In this document: piece by piece, positions 1 to 20,294 of the stretch
How the letters are laid out: every line of letters begins with the position of its first letter
Numbering within the stretch: position 1 is the first letter of the stretch
Assembly (NCBI RefSeq): GCF_009914755.1
Contig: NC_060927.1
DNA: 64,000 nucleotides
Direction: 5' to 3' (one strand)
Origin: the human T2T-CHM13v2.0 reference genome, Homo sapiens
Notes under the pieces: model-generated
Seen by the model: the letters and a program-made list of their open reading frames with translations, nothing else
The model's database searches: none
What the model was told of the DNA's origin: nothing
Position numbers and translations under genes: made by a program

Positions 1-225
1 GGCCAGGAGTACAAGAGAGCAAGACCCCTGCTTCTATAAAACATTAAGAAATTAGTCAGGCATTGCAGCGCATGCCTGTAGTCCTAGCTCCTTGGGAGGC
101 TGAGGCAGGAGGACTGCTGAGCCCAGGAGTTTGAAGACTTGCAATAAGCCATGCTTGCACCAATGCACCTACCCTGGGCAACAGAATGAGACTCTATCTC
201 AAAAAAAACAAAAACAAAACAAAAG
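1..225 (+). mobile_element. Alu (AluJ-like), cut by the window edge
   Basis: Alu right arm and A-rich tail. Confidence 0.9.
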
Positions 226-336
226 CTCAGCGGAGGGAATTCCAACTCCGAGAAAAACAAAAGTACCTAAGAAGTTCAAGGGTATGGGATAAAAAGGCAC
301 ATTAAAAAAAAGTGGTGTGGCAAAAATTTTCATTAC

Positions 337-433
337 CTTCTTCATCATAATTAGACATGTCATCTGCAATCATCGTACTGAAGTCTAAAAGAAGATTCCA
401 AGTGTCTTTTGGTATTGATCGTTTATGATGTTC
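337..433 (-). CDS. DCUN1D1: DCUN1D1 exon 6, 97 nt; gene continues beyond the left edge
   Basis: ttttaaatag|GAACATCAT...GATGAAGAAG|gtaatg; [32 protein letters not shown](G), the cullin-binding C-terminal region. Confidence 0.98.
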
Positions 434-648
434 CTATTTAAAAAACAAAAACAAAATACATTTGTATCACTAAAAAGAGCTGCACAAAAACAGTTTGGAC
501 AATTTGAAATACAAGAATGCAAAACAATTATGTAACAAAATTCTGGTAATCAAATTTCTCATTCTATATCCAATACATTATGTTAATTTATCTTTAAACA
601 TAGCAGAATTTGAGAAAACAGAGAGAAATGTAGAAAATGTGAACTTAC

Positions 649-731
649 CAACAAAAATTTATTCCATAAGTCTAAGAATTTAAATCTTCCATTAAGCACT
701 AAGTTCCAGTAGGCAATGGCCATTTCTAGAT
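649..731 (-). CDS. DCUN1D1: DCUN1D1 exon 5, 83 nt
   Basis: ctatttcag|ATCTAGAAATG...TTTTTGTTG|gtaagt; (D)[27 protein letters not shown]. Confidence 0.98.
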
Positions 732-1045
732 CTGAAATAGTAAAAATGAATTATGTATTTAAATGCTATAAATATTTGTCCCTGCAAAAATAACAAACAA
801 ACAAAAAAACAGGTATGACCAAAGAAAGTCTAAAAATAAAAAACTTGTATCCTGAATACTTATGTATTAAAAATTTCCTATACAAATGAGTCCAAAGTTT
901 GTATCCTCCCTCTTCAAAAATGACCAGGGCCTTTAGGGCAAAAAATGATACTACTTATCTCACGGGGGAATTCTGTGTTTTAAATTAGAGAATGCAGTTA
1001 AACATAGTAGCTCACAAAAGTGTTCAAATATTAGTTACTGTACAC

Positions 1046-1260
1046 CAGGGTTTCTCAACCTGGGCACTTCCAACATTTTAGGCCAGATAATTATTTGTTG
1101 TAGGGTGCTGTCCTGTGTACTGTAGGAAATTTAGCAATATCTCTGACCTCCATCCACTAGATGCCAGTAGCAGCTTCACTCAGCCCCCACTGGTGACAAT
1201 AAAAAATGTCTCCATATATTGCCAAAGACAACCTGAGGGCCAACCCAGATGAGAATCCCT
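1046..1260. mobile_element. MER20-like hAT-Charlie DNA transposon fossil
   Basis: Begins cagggtttctcaacctgggcac, contains ccactagatgccagtagc and aaaaatgtctcca, ends gagaatccctg. Confidence 0.8.
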
Positions 1261-1489
1261 GATGTACACCTACAGGTTGGAAGGTGAAGGACTGCTCTTC
1301 AATCCTAAGTAACCTTATGCTCTAAATTATTTACTGACTGATCCTGACCACAAAGAGATCATTAAAAATACTGATCTAAAACTTAAAATTAATAAGAAAC
1401 CAAGAATTTCTTAAAGTTTGCCAAAGACAATATAAATGACTTTTTAACTGGGCATGGACCAGAGAAGGGTAGAGAAGGCAATAATGCCG

Positions 1490-1648
1490 CATAAGAAAGA
1501 GCTACACTTACCACACGACAGAGAACTACACTTATCACACGACAGAGAACTACACTTATCACACAACAGAGAACTACGCTTACCACACAACAGAGAACTA
1601 CACTTATCACATGACAGAGAACTACACTTATCACATGACAGAGAACTA
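1490..1648. repeat. Minisatellite, 24-bp unit, about 6.5 copies
   Basis: Unit ACAGAGAACTACACTTATCACA(CG/CA/TG); visible as HDRELHLS and VISVVLCH periodic ORFs. Confidence 0.95.
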
Positions 1649-1867
1649 TGATCTCTTTCAAGGAACCATAGCAGTTAAGAAAGTGTTTAGTTTTTATGAG
1701 TGAATTTACTTCTCCAGCACAAGAAAAATTACATCCTAAGTAACTTAAAAGTCCTTTTATTGATAGATGACATCTCGAAACCATTCTTTATAATTGAGAA
1801 ATCATGAGTGATTAGGAAAGACAAAAATTGAGGCAAGTGCTGCCCCAATTTTTAAAAGCAACAAAGA

Positions 1868-2840
<973 letters not shown>

Positions 2841-3163
2841 AAAACAATACCTACTTCCCCACCCCCACATACACACACAGTAGCTGGAAACCTGCAAGAC
2901 TGACCCTTAACTTTCTTCAATGATGGAGACTACATATTCCTCAACTAGCAGACTGAAATACACAGTAGGCATTCAGAAACTGCTAAGTCGACAAACTTCC
3001 TATGGTTTCACATACAAACATACTTACCTTCAAATCCATCATCCTCATCTTCCTTCAAACTCAACAGAAGAAACTCTCCTTTCTTCTATCCAAGGATAAG
3101 CCCCTTATAGCTCTATTCTAAATCCAATACCATCCTACCTCTTTAAGGAATCTTGTCTGTTGA

Positions 3164-6360
<3,197 letters not shown>

Positions 6361-6529
6361 AGGAAGACTTTAACTCAAAAAGATTAATAAGTTATAACTA
6401 AGAGCTGAAATACATAAGATTAAACAAGGATAAAATGTTAATTGTCACAGGTATAGGAAAAGAAGCCCTTAGAAAGAAATTTATAAGTGATGAAGAGAGC
6501 AGCTTAGCTAGCGAGAGGTGATTTAACAT

Positions 6530-6750
6530 AGTAGTTTACAGTATGAGTTTTAGTCTCTTAAACCCCTACTCTACCACCAGTTAAGTGACCTTGGGCAACT
6601 GGGCTGACTTCTCCTTGATTCAGTTTAAAATGAAGATAACAATAGTACCTATCCTTACCTGGTTGTTCTAAGGACTAAATGAGTTAATACATAACAAAGC
6701 ATTCGTAACAGTACCTGGTAAATAACATATCAGTTCTTACTATTATCATT
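6530..6750 (+). mobile_element. MIR SINE
   Basis: gtgaccttgggcaa...aaaatgaagataacaatagtacctat...aaatgagttaatac core. Confidence 0.75.
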
Positions 6751-8143
6751 ATTTTAAATCATTTAGAACTATTAGATTCTGAAGCAGTATTGGAAAAGAC
6801 AACAAAGTCAGTGATAAGGTAACAAGAAGCAACAGCAGTTAAAATAAATGGAAGGCAAATATAGAGAAAAAGAAATAACTAAGTCCTAATAACAAGCTAT
6901 TGCATAAAATTGAGATCCTTGCAGAATAAATCCTTAAGTCCTTACGGTAAAATGTAAAATGCAAACAGAGATACTCCCCATGTTATTCTTTCAAAGAGAA
7001 TCAACAAGAATAATGTGGTATTTCACAACAGATGATCAGCTGAATGCAGGATGAACATGGAAATGAATTGAGACTAGACCCAATCACAGTCCCTAAAAGA
7101 AACAAAATGTTGCCAGCTCACTGGGGAGGATGGAATGGTGATTAAAAATCCTATTCACAATGTCTTTTTTAATCAATCTCAACAAATTTTATAACAATGA
7201 AAAAAGAGATATAAAATAACATATATAGTATAAGTCTGTTCATACAAAGTTCAAAACCAGTGCACATTTTCAAATGGTTCAGCAAATAAAATATGTGTGT
7301 ACATCCATCTACTGAGATATAAAGAAAACGTGGTAAAATGTTAACAATTGGGAATCCAGGTGAAGAATACGCAAAAGTTCACAGAACTATTTTGCTACCT
7401 TTTCTGATTGATATTTTCAATTGATATTTTTCAAAACAAAAAGAGGAAAGTTAAAAAACCAGACAAAGCTAATTTATATCGTTTAGGAACAGAAACATGG
7501 GTAGTAAAAGAATTAAGACTATAATTATCAAAATTCAGAATAATTTCCAACTCTGGGAAGAAAGATGAGCTTTTGCTGAACGAGAGCCTTGCTGGGATCT
7601 TCTGATGCCGGCAGTTTCTTCACCTGGCTGTATAAATGCATGAACTTTTCTTTATATTTATTAAATTATCTATATAAATTCTATGCATTTTTTTCTGTGT
7701 GCACATTTCACGAGAAAAAAGGTAAAAACAATGTGATGAGGTATATAAAAATACAAATAAAAATCGCCATACACTTGTTAAACATTAGTATTTGAGAATG
7801 CTGCTTCTGCTTTTTAACATGCAAACATAAGTATGAGGCTTTTGCTATGAGTCATTTACTTGAGATCATTTACCAAAAGGCACTTACTGAGGACCAATTT
7901 TTGAGGCTAGCAATATAATAATGTCATTTTATTTTTACATGAGGTGGTTCCTTTCTTATACAACCATCAATTCTGAATCTGGTTTAGTTTGGTATTAGAT
8001 AATACATCATACACAATTTATATTGTTCGTGTCTAAAATTTGTCTACTTTTCTAAAGGTTTTTCTGATTTCCTCATTAGGATTTCACAGTATCTTTTGTG
8101 AAATAGTCAGAAGTTGGTCAGAATTTCACATTCTTAAATTGAC

Positions 8144-9408
<1,265 letters not shown>

Positions 9409-9779
9409 CACCAAAACCCCAATCACCCCTCACTGGGAGCAGGCAAAAGCCACAATGTCTTAATTTACTTAGAAATATCTACGGCTAACACAAAATAACA
9501 ACAACAACAACAATAAAACACAGAATGTGGAGTCATAAGGCCTGAGATCTAGTCTCAGTGCCAGTCCAACCACTCTCCAGTTAGGCGACCTTATTAACAA
9601 GTCAGTCTCTCTGGCTATGAGTTTCCTCATCTATATGATGGAGAAGATAATATGCTTTTACTTAGCTCAAAGGGGTTGTTATGAGAACCAAATGGGATTA
9701 TACAGATTATCGTGTTCTTTAAAACACTATACAATTGTTCCTAAATATTAAACTAAATATTTAACAAATAATGTTCAAA

Positions 9780-10420
9780 TCATTTAAATCAATTGTAGAG
9801 GTATAAGATTCCAGCTGAACCACAACCTACAAGAAAGTGACTCATAGACTTTAGTCTAATAAAAGTTCAGTATGGCCCTAAAAATGATATGGCTGCTAAA
9901 GAACATATATAATCTTTGATCAAATTAACATAATGAATAGTCTCACAAAAATTAACAGACCCACGGTGTTCTATATTACTTAGGCTCCTTTTGAAATATG
10001 ATGTTCAACTTTATGGGCTCTATTTTGAAAGAAATTGGAAATGTGTTTGGGGGGATAGTAGTGGGAATAACAAATGTCTCCTGTAAGAAGAATAGTTAAA
10101 ATAATTGGAATGCTGGCCTGGAGAAAAACAACAGGTAACTGAGAGTGGATCTTTAATTTTAGCCTTTATCAGTGTTGCACTGGGGGACAAGTAAGAGCAA
10201 TGATAGAAGTAATAAAGACAAAGATGTTAGCTTAATAAGGAAGAACTGTGTAATAACAAGTAAGGATATTCTGTGATAGGAATGGACAACTTCCTAAAAC
10301 AATGTGTGTCCAGTCCCTGCATGTTCAAAAGGAGAAACTGAATGAGCATCAGGTAAGGATGCTACTTTGGGTAGGTTAAATTTTATAGAGGACTTATGAA
10401 ATCCTTTTCAAATTTTAAGA
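9780..10420 (+). mobile_element. CR1/L3 LINE 3' fragment
   Basis: Motifs atatggctgctaaa, ggcctggagaaaa, gtccctgcatgttcaa resemble the L3 3' region; heavily diverged. Confidence 0.5.
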
Positions 10421-10435
10421 TTCAGGCAATTATCA

Positions 10436-11094
<659 letters not shown>

Positions 11095-12817
11095 TTAATT
11101 AGCACAGCTATTTATAAACAAACCACAGGGTTGTCACTCACTCTCTGCCAATTTGTTTTGGGCCTTACCTCTTCTCCTATGATCTTCTAATTCCTCTCTG
11201 CCAAATCTTGTAATTTAAGAGCACTGTGAACCCTTAGAAAGGCTGTTATAAAAAACTGTTTCCTTTTTAATTAAACTCTGCAAATAAGCAAGTCATTACA
11301 TTTCCTGATACCTAACACCAAAGCAAAACAAACCAAAAAAAAAAACTATGATTTGTCTCTTACTACATTTTTCTTTTTTTTAATTAATAGACTTTTTTAG
11401 TTTTAGGTTTATGAAAAGTTGAGCAGAAAGTAGAGATTTCCATATACCCTCTTCCCTAGTCAGTTCCTACTATTTTTAACATCTTGCTTTAGTGTGGTAT
11501 ATTTTTTATAACTGATGAATCAATATGAATATATTATTATTGACTAAGGTCCATATTCTACATTAGAGTTCATTCTTTGTATTGTACACTGTATGGCTGT
11601 GGGGGGGTCTTAAATAACATTTTCATTGTAGTTAAATACATATAACATAAAGTTTATCATCTGAATCTTTTTGAAGGGTGCAGTTCAGTGTGAAGTACAT
11701 TCACATTGCTGTGCCATCGATCTTCAGAATGCTCATCTTATGAAACAAAAACTCTACATCCTTTAAATATTACATTTTTTCTTAAGCACAATACTTATTA
11801 GATAACAGAATAAACACACATAATTCTTCAACATAATGCTTTCACATAATCTGTTTCTCAATTTTTTCCTGTAATCTAAAATTCCAATTTACCATATTAA
11901 TATATCCAATAGTTATAAAAATTTAATTTTGCTCAATTCTTACCACAAGTAATAAAAACTAAGATTCAGTCTCAAAACTATATATTCACCCAAAACACCA
12001 TTTATTTTGTGCTCCAGTAAAGGGTAGCGATATAACTAAGAAATAGGTTATGTCCCTTTAAATCAACATTTGACATTCACATTATATTTAATCTTATCAA
12101 AATATTGTACTACACTTCTAAATATGACAAAATAATTATTTTACACATACATGTAAATTCAAAGACTTTAACAGATTATTATTTGTGGAAGGAAAGAGAA
12201 AAACAGAAAAAACATCCCAGTTAACTGGTGGCCCCAGACAGAAAAACTAATTGTAGGTATCCCGGCTTATTCTGCCTGCAAAATGAGGATTTTTCCTTTA
12301 AGAATAAAATCCTATCTATATTGAGCAATCAAGTTGGAAAGGAGGCTTTATTATTGAGAATTTCGCTTTACAAATATGTTATGAATCTTTCATCAATTCA
12401 GTCATGTTTAGTAACTCGTGGGGCCATACCACATTACAAAGGTTATACATTTATCCCTTCCTCTCTACCTTTCCGTCACTTCCTCAATCTAATCCGTTCA
12501 TATAATCTGTTTCTCAATACTTTTTCCCCCCAATTTAAAAAATAAAGTGGAATTAGTGCAGAAGGCCCCTTATTAGCCTCTCCAACTACTATATCTTCAA
12601 AAACCAAAAAAAAAAAAAAAAAAAAAAAAAAACCTCATTTACCTTCACTGGGTAAGTTACTTAACCTTCCTGTGCCTAAATTTCCTCATCTTCAAATTAA
12701 GGATAATAAACTGCTAGCACTTTATTACTATGTATTTGGCACGGCACATAGCAGGTGGTAAATTACTGAATGAAAGGATGAATCACTCAAAAAATTGGTA
12801 AACATTAAATGAGGCAG

Positions 12818-13240
12818 TGCTATGGTTTGGATATAGTTGGTTTGTTCCACCAAAACTCGTACTGAAATTTTATCCCCACTGTGGTGGAGCTGGAAGATGA
12901 GGCCTGGTGGGCAGCATTTAACTCATGGGGGTGGATCCCTCATGAATGGCTTGGTGCTATTCTCCTTTTGCAACAGTGAGTTCTTGCCAGAGGGAATGGA
13001 TTAGTTCCTGGAGTGTGTTATTATAAAGCGAGGCTTCCCCTCCTGTTTGGTCTCTCTCCTCACAGGAGTCCACTTCCCCTTTGACCTTGTCTGCCACGTG
13101 ATGATGCAGCATAAAAGCCCTCTGCAGAAGCCAGGGCCATGCCCCACTCCTAGCCTGCAGAATCATGAGCTAAACAAACCTCTTTGTAAGTTACCCAGTC
13201 TCAGGTATTCTGTTATAGCAACACAAAATGGACTTACATA
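12818..13240 (+). mobile_element. MST-family (ERVL-MaLR) solo LTR
   Basis: Begins tgctatggtttggatat; ends ttacccagtctcaggtattctgttatagcaacacaaaatggacttacataca. Confidence 0.85.
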
Positions 13241-14330
13241 CAAGACAAGTAGTATATGTAAAGTACAGTACTTAGCACAGTGCCAGACATACTAAAAGCT
13301 CACATTAAATGGAAGTTATCACCATCATCAAAATCTTCATTGGGTCCCCATTTCCCACAAATTCCAATTTAAACCTTTCTGTCTCCAAAAAAAAAATAAA
13401 AACAAAATCCTTTCTGATTTCAAAAGAAGCCTGTGGTTATTCAGCTTTCTTGTGTCTCACCAATTTCATCTCCAAACAAGCATTCTCATTAAAATCAAAC
13501 CAACAACTTCTCTCCTGCACAAAGCCAAGCTTATTGCTGAAATTTTAGACCTTCATTCATAACTATCTTCTCACTGGAACATCTTTTATCTTCCCTCGTT
13601 CAGCCAAATACCAAATCCTTTAGTTCATATCCCACCTTGTCCAGGAAGCATTTCCCAACCACTCCTGCTTTTACTCATTTCTCCCTCTAAAACCCTTACA
13701 TACTTTTATTATTTTGTAATTACCTACTAGCACTATCTAATCTTTTTAGGTAATTTGCAAATTACACTGTATCTTTTACTCTCATATCCCCTTAACTATC
13801 CCAAAAGCAAATGTACAAATACAAATGGATTGATCTAAACTTTTACAGTGGTTATTTCTGGATAATAAGACTATGAATGATAAGCACTTCATTTTTCATC
13901 CTTATAGTTTTCAAATAAATCATAACAAAAAAGAATAAATTTATCTGGCATTCTATGACTCAGAAATCTTATAGTGCTATTTCTATAGATCCTAAGATCC
14001 TAAAATATCTTCAGGGTCATGAATGAAAAAATGAATGAATGGATGAATGCATAAATAAATAACTGTCAGTGGAATTTTAACAACTATCTTCTATATTGAC
14101 TGTAGTTTTCATAAAGCAAAAGTCAGTGGTTCACATATAGTACCCAGGGTAAACTTACTCAATGTGCATGGTATTTTCTGATTAAAAATTTCCTGTTTCT
14201 AATTACTTTTCAATAACTGGTATTTTCATGACTTTATGCTCAAAACACATAACTTTCTATTACAAAAACGACACTGTCAATGTATTTGAATATATCTGAA
14301 ACACCAAATATAATTTTTAAAAATTCTTAC

Positions 14331-14461
14331 CTAATCCTTTTTGTCCTGGATTCTTTGCAAAATTAAAAGTAAACTGGTAAAAATCCTTAAATCGTCCTGG
14401 TTCTTTCAATTCTTGTTCCATCTTGGGTATCTGGGCCTTTAGTTTTTCTATGCTGTCACAT
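14331..14461 (-). CDS. DCUN1D1: DCUN1D1 exon 4, 131 nt
   Basis: acgacgcag|ATGTGACAGC...GGATTAG|gtaaga; [43 protein letters not shown]; phases agree with neighbouring exons. Confidence 0.98.
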
Positions 14462-15349
14462 CTGCGTCGTAAAATTAAGTTTATAAAAGATTAACTGTTT
14501 CACTATAAATTAATAACTTACTTATTCCCATGAGGGCTTACATTTATTTCCTAGAACTACTTTTTTAAAAATCAAATAGTTCGAATTCAGTCTTTTTATA
14601 TTACATAAATATAAACACGCATGGGGGTTAGCTGCGGGAAGAAGAGGTCTAGAGTGATTAAATGTTCTAAATAATTACTTTTAAAAGAAACAGGCTATTC
14701 GTTTTAATTACATAATTCACTAGACTATCAACACTTTCACTAGTAGAAGTCAGCTTCAGTGGATAAATAAGAATGTATAGTAATCAGCATAACAATCATT
14801 TTAAACTGTATTAGACACTACTGACACAGTAATTAATCGCGTCTACTATCTAAATTAACTAAAAGTATGGTCTCTTGCTTATGAGGAAACATTCCTTCTG
14901 AAAACTTGCTTCTTGTTATATACACAGTACAGGAGTAAACAGGTGAACCTCCTACCACCTCCAACTGAATCATCTCAAATTAATATTAAGCTTTTTCTGT
15001 ATGTGCAAAACATTCAACTTTCGAAGAGTTTGAAAAGCTCTAAGTACCAAGCCTTACTTTCCTCATAGAGCCTTATGGTAGAAATACCCTATTTCTTATA
15101 GATTCCACAAACAAATCAATTCAATTTTTTTCCTTCTAATCGTTTTTTGCTTTCATTTTCCTTCTACATTCTTTGTAACACCTTCCAGATCATTAGTTTG
15201 TAAATTAAAATTTTGATTTGAAAGTTCATTACATATTACATGAATTCAGTTTCAAATGTTTAAAAACATTGCTTCCTTAAGTTCTGATGAAACCTGTCCT
15301 AGCACAGAAAATCCCAGCAAGTTCAGGATGGGCCTGGCTTTGGCTGAAG

Positions 15350-16228
<879 letters not shown>

Positions 16229-16985
16229 ATGTCACTCAGACTCGAATCATGACTCTAATACTACCTAATTCTATAATTTCTCTGTACCTCAATTTCTTCA
16301 TCTCTAAAATGGGGATAGAAAACTATTCTCAAAAAGTTGCTGTGAAGAGGTAGGAGAAGTACTTAGCACAGTTAACTGAAATAAAATAATCTTCAATAAA
16401 TGTTAGCTATTATTATTCAATAGTGGCCCACTAAAAAACAGAAAGGGCAGCTTGTTACCTACCAACAGACTGATTACTTCTGTCTGCAACCTCATTAAAT
16501 ATGGACAACTAGAGGTCACAGGTAAAACCTCTACCCATGACTTTTCAATCAATTTATCCAAAGACATTCAGCTAATCAGCTGTCAAAGTGTTAAGTGAAA
16601 CAAGTAGTAACTTCTAAGGCATCTTCCAGTTTTTAAATTCTAGGATTTTATAAATGCAGGGTTCAAAGTCTCACATTAGGAAATAACTTTAAAACTTGGT
16701 CATTTCACTTTTCCATAGTAAATATTAATGCATAATTTTAATACTAATGAACCTGCCTTAGAAGTAAATGATAAGAATATAGCCAAATAGAATAGGCTGT
16801 ACTAACTATATAAATAACTTGACAAACCCAAAAAACTGTATAACATGGAAACTAGCAAGTTAACCCATTTCTATTTATACCAATGTTTGTGGGCCAGCAA
16901 ATCTTTAAATTTACACTAAAAAGTTCATGACATAATTCAGTTCCACAGTAACATATCTAATTTCCTATTGTAATTATATACTCAC

Positions 16986-17154
16986 CCTAATTCTGTCATG
17001 CCATCCATGAACTCCTGTTTGGAGAACTCGCACTGTGTTGCTGCTCTGAACTTCCATGCAATAATCAACACACTAATGCTGGCTGGATCGAGTGCCAGGT
17101 CATCACAGAACTGCTGTATGCCATCTATTCCAATTTTATTCTCATCTTGAGGGT
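16986..17154 (-). CDS. DCUN1D1: DCUN1D1 exon 3 (PONY/DCN1 domain), 169 nt
   Basis: tttttaaag|ACCCTCAA...GAATTAGG|gtgagt; (D)[55 protein letters not shown](G). Confidence 0.98.
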
Positions 17155-17736
17155 CTTTAAAAATAACAACGCAATATTAAAGTAGTGTCATATTATGCTA
17201 CATTATGAAAACTGAAAAAGGTAATGCTTTATATGCCATTTTTTAAATGACCACAATATATGGAAGGCATGAAACGATATTACTCTAACATACACTTTCC
17301 CATTATTTAAAGCCATTCTCCTTACTAACAGCATTCTTAAAGTGTAGAGATATATGCAGATGAGACATGATTTTTTAAAGTCTCATTTATTCATGTGAAA
17401 TATGTCCCATACTTATACACATTCAGAAAATCAGACATTCGTATATAGGGACATGGGATTCTAATTCAAGATATCCATATTTTGCTTAGGTAGGCATTCT
17501 GAACAGAAATTCTTTTTTTCTTAGAACAAAGTTCATTTTACCACAACAATTACTTCTTAAGAGTATCAGAAAAACTGTGAACTAAACTATGCAATTCAAC
17601 CCTAATCTCAACAATGTAAATATCTCTTGTTTAAAGAAAAAAATCTATACTTATCAGAGAGGCAAAAATTTTAAATAACAAAAACAAAGAGAAAGAGGCA
17701 CTCATAGACTGCTATCAAATATGATTTACTAACACC

Positions 17737-18043
17737 TTTCTTTTTTTTTTTTTTTTTTTTTTTGAGATGGAGTCTCACTCTGTCACCCAGGCTGGAGTGC
17801 AGTGGCATGATCTTAGCTCACTGTAACCTCTGCCTCCCAGGTTCAAGTGATTCTTCTGCCTCAGCCTCCTGAGTAGCGGGGACTACAGGCACACGCCACC
17901 ACGCCCAGCTAATTTTTGTATTTTTAGTAGAGACAGGGTTTTACCATATTGGACAGACTGGTCTTGAACTCCTGACCTTGTGATCTGACCACCTCGGCCT
18001 CCCAAAGTGCTGGGATTACAGGTGTGAGCCACCACGCCCAGCC
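17737..18043 (-). mobile_element. Alu in intron 2
   Basis: Full Alu with TSD CTAACACCTTTCT. Confidence 0.95.
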
Positions 18044-18641
18044 TTGCTAACACCTTTCTAAAAGTAATCTGGCAATATTTCCAGCAATAAAAAACATGAA
18101 CATAATTTGACTTTGGAGCACAAGTTATGCATAAAATAAATATCCCATTTTCAGAAAAACTTTGAAAGAAACTCTGTAAATATATTTCTGCATAAACATA
18201 AAAGATATGGAAGGATCCACAGCACTGGTTACTCAGGAGAATGAATAAGAAAAGACAAACTATTAACCTTTTCTTATTCACCTATTATGCAGTTGAACTT
18301 TTTTAAAAGTATGCATTACTTTATAATTCTTTAAAGATTCAGTATGCAGGTTTCCTTAGACTGGTTCAGCTGAGTTTTATACATATGAGGGCAGAAAAAA
18401 CAGTTCCCCATCCCCATTCTCAACTTGCACAATGGGGGAGGAAAATAAAGAGGCCAAGAAGAAATTTTAGTGAAAAGAAAATAATTTTTCCTCAGACCTC
18501 TTGAAATAACTCTAAGATCTACAGACCTCTATTGGACACATCCACCCAATTTAAGTTATATATAGTATTTCATTTCTCATAAGCCCATCTCTTTGGAAAA
18601 TCTGGTCCAAAATTTACTTAAAGTCACAAGCAAGCACTCAC

Positions 18642-18858
18642 CTTTGTATCTATTGTACAGCTGTTCTAACTTCTTCCTGTCCAATGATCCTTTTACACTC
18701 TCTCGTATATAAAGTTCAGGATTTTGGAAAAAATTATCTGTTGCAACATCTAACTTCCAGTCATTTTGAGAAAGACAACTTACTGCTGTTTTTTCACTAG
18801 ATTGTGTGAAGATCATAAACTGACGAACTTTATCCTTCTGCGATGATTTCAACTTGTT
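18642..18858 (-). CDS. DCUN1D1: DCUN1D1 exon 2 (UBA-like domain), 217 nt
   Basis: tttcaatag|AACAAGTTG...TACAAAG|gtgagt; [50 protein letters not shown]...YNRYK matches DCN1-like protein 1. Confidence 0.98.
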
Positions 18859-19904
18859 CTATTGAAACCAGAAAATAAACTGAAACTCTATGTAAAATCA
18901 CATAAGACTAAATATTTCTATATGGCTAACTAAACATTCTTAGTAATACTTTTTCCTCACAAAACATTAAAACATTTTAGCTTAAGATTTATTTTTGATC
19001 TATTATTCATCAGAAAGGCTAACTTTTAAAAAATATGAAACAGAAAATATGGTACAGTTTTGGAAGAGAAATAGGACAGAAGCGAAGGAAGCTCAACCAC
19101 CCAGCGTTTCTCCTACAGTGGGTCCTGAGAGCATACAGAAAGGCTGCAGAAGGGAAGCCGCGCTACCCTCCAAACCCCGACCAAGCACAGTGCTCTGAGA
19201 TGGATGCACAAGCAGACACGGGGAAGAAGGTGACATGATCAGACGCAGGGAAGAAGATGACATGATCTGCCCAGTCAGCAAATGCCCCTGGGGAACCATG
19301 AGATTAACAGGTGTTTACTGCAGTCCTAATACCCACTATAAAGGATATGGCGTGGGAAGAGGGGGGATCCTCCCTCCCCAACACCACCTACCTTGTTTTC
19401 TTGCTGTTTTTACCAAATAGGAGAAAGCAATAAAATAGGAGTATTCGACATTTCTCCTAGTTGTATCCAGGAACCAAGAAAATTATCAACAAAATTTCCT
19501 CATATCCTATCAAAATAATTTTTTTTTCTTTTTCCCCTGAAAGAATCACTTCATTCCCTTAGCCAGAGCCTAGCAGAGACCCTTGGTCTCTCCAAACAGC
19601 CCTTCTACTTCTTCTCAGAGAGGGGAAGAGGTGAAGAGATAATCACCTCTTCTCACTTGCTGCACATTGTCAAGGATTCATTTCTCATCTGACCTAAACC
19701 CACAGGAAAAGAAGGCAGGATACTCTCTCCCAGTATCAAAGACCATGTTCTCCCTTCCCTCTCACCCAAGCCGGCCTCCTAGCAACTGCAGCCTCACCAC
19801 TGTTACTCTTCCTCCTCCCAAGCTCCAATACCATCTTCTAGCAAAATACTTGGGTTCTTCCTAAGCTACTATTGTAAATGAAGAGGGAAAACTTGAGGTA
19901 CTCA

Positions 19905-20294
<390 letters not shown>

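Noticed and set aside
1389-1784. Repetitive ORFs, or a CRISPR-like array
   Set aside because: Units are contiguous with no unique spacers and there are no cas genes; it is a eukaryotic minisatellite
18577-18641. ORF extension [10 protein letters not shown]... after exon 2
   Set aside because: Intronic read-through past the G|GTGAGT donor
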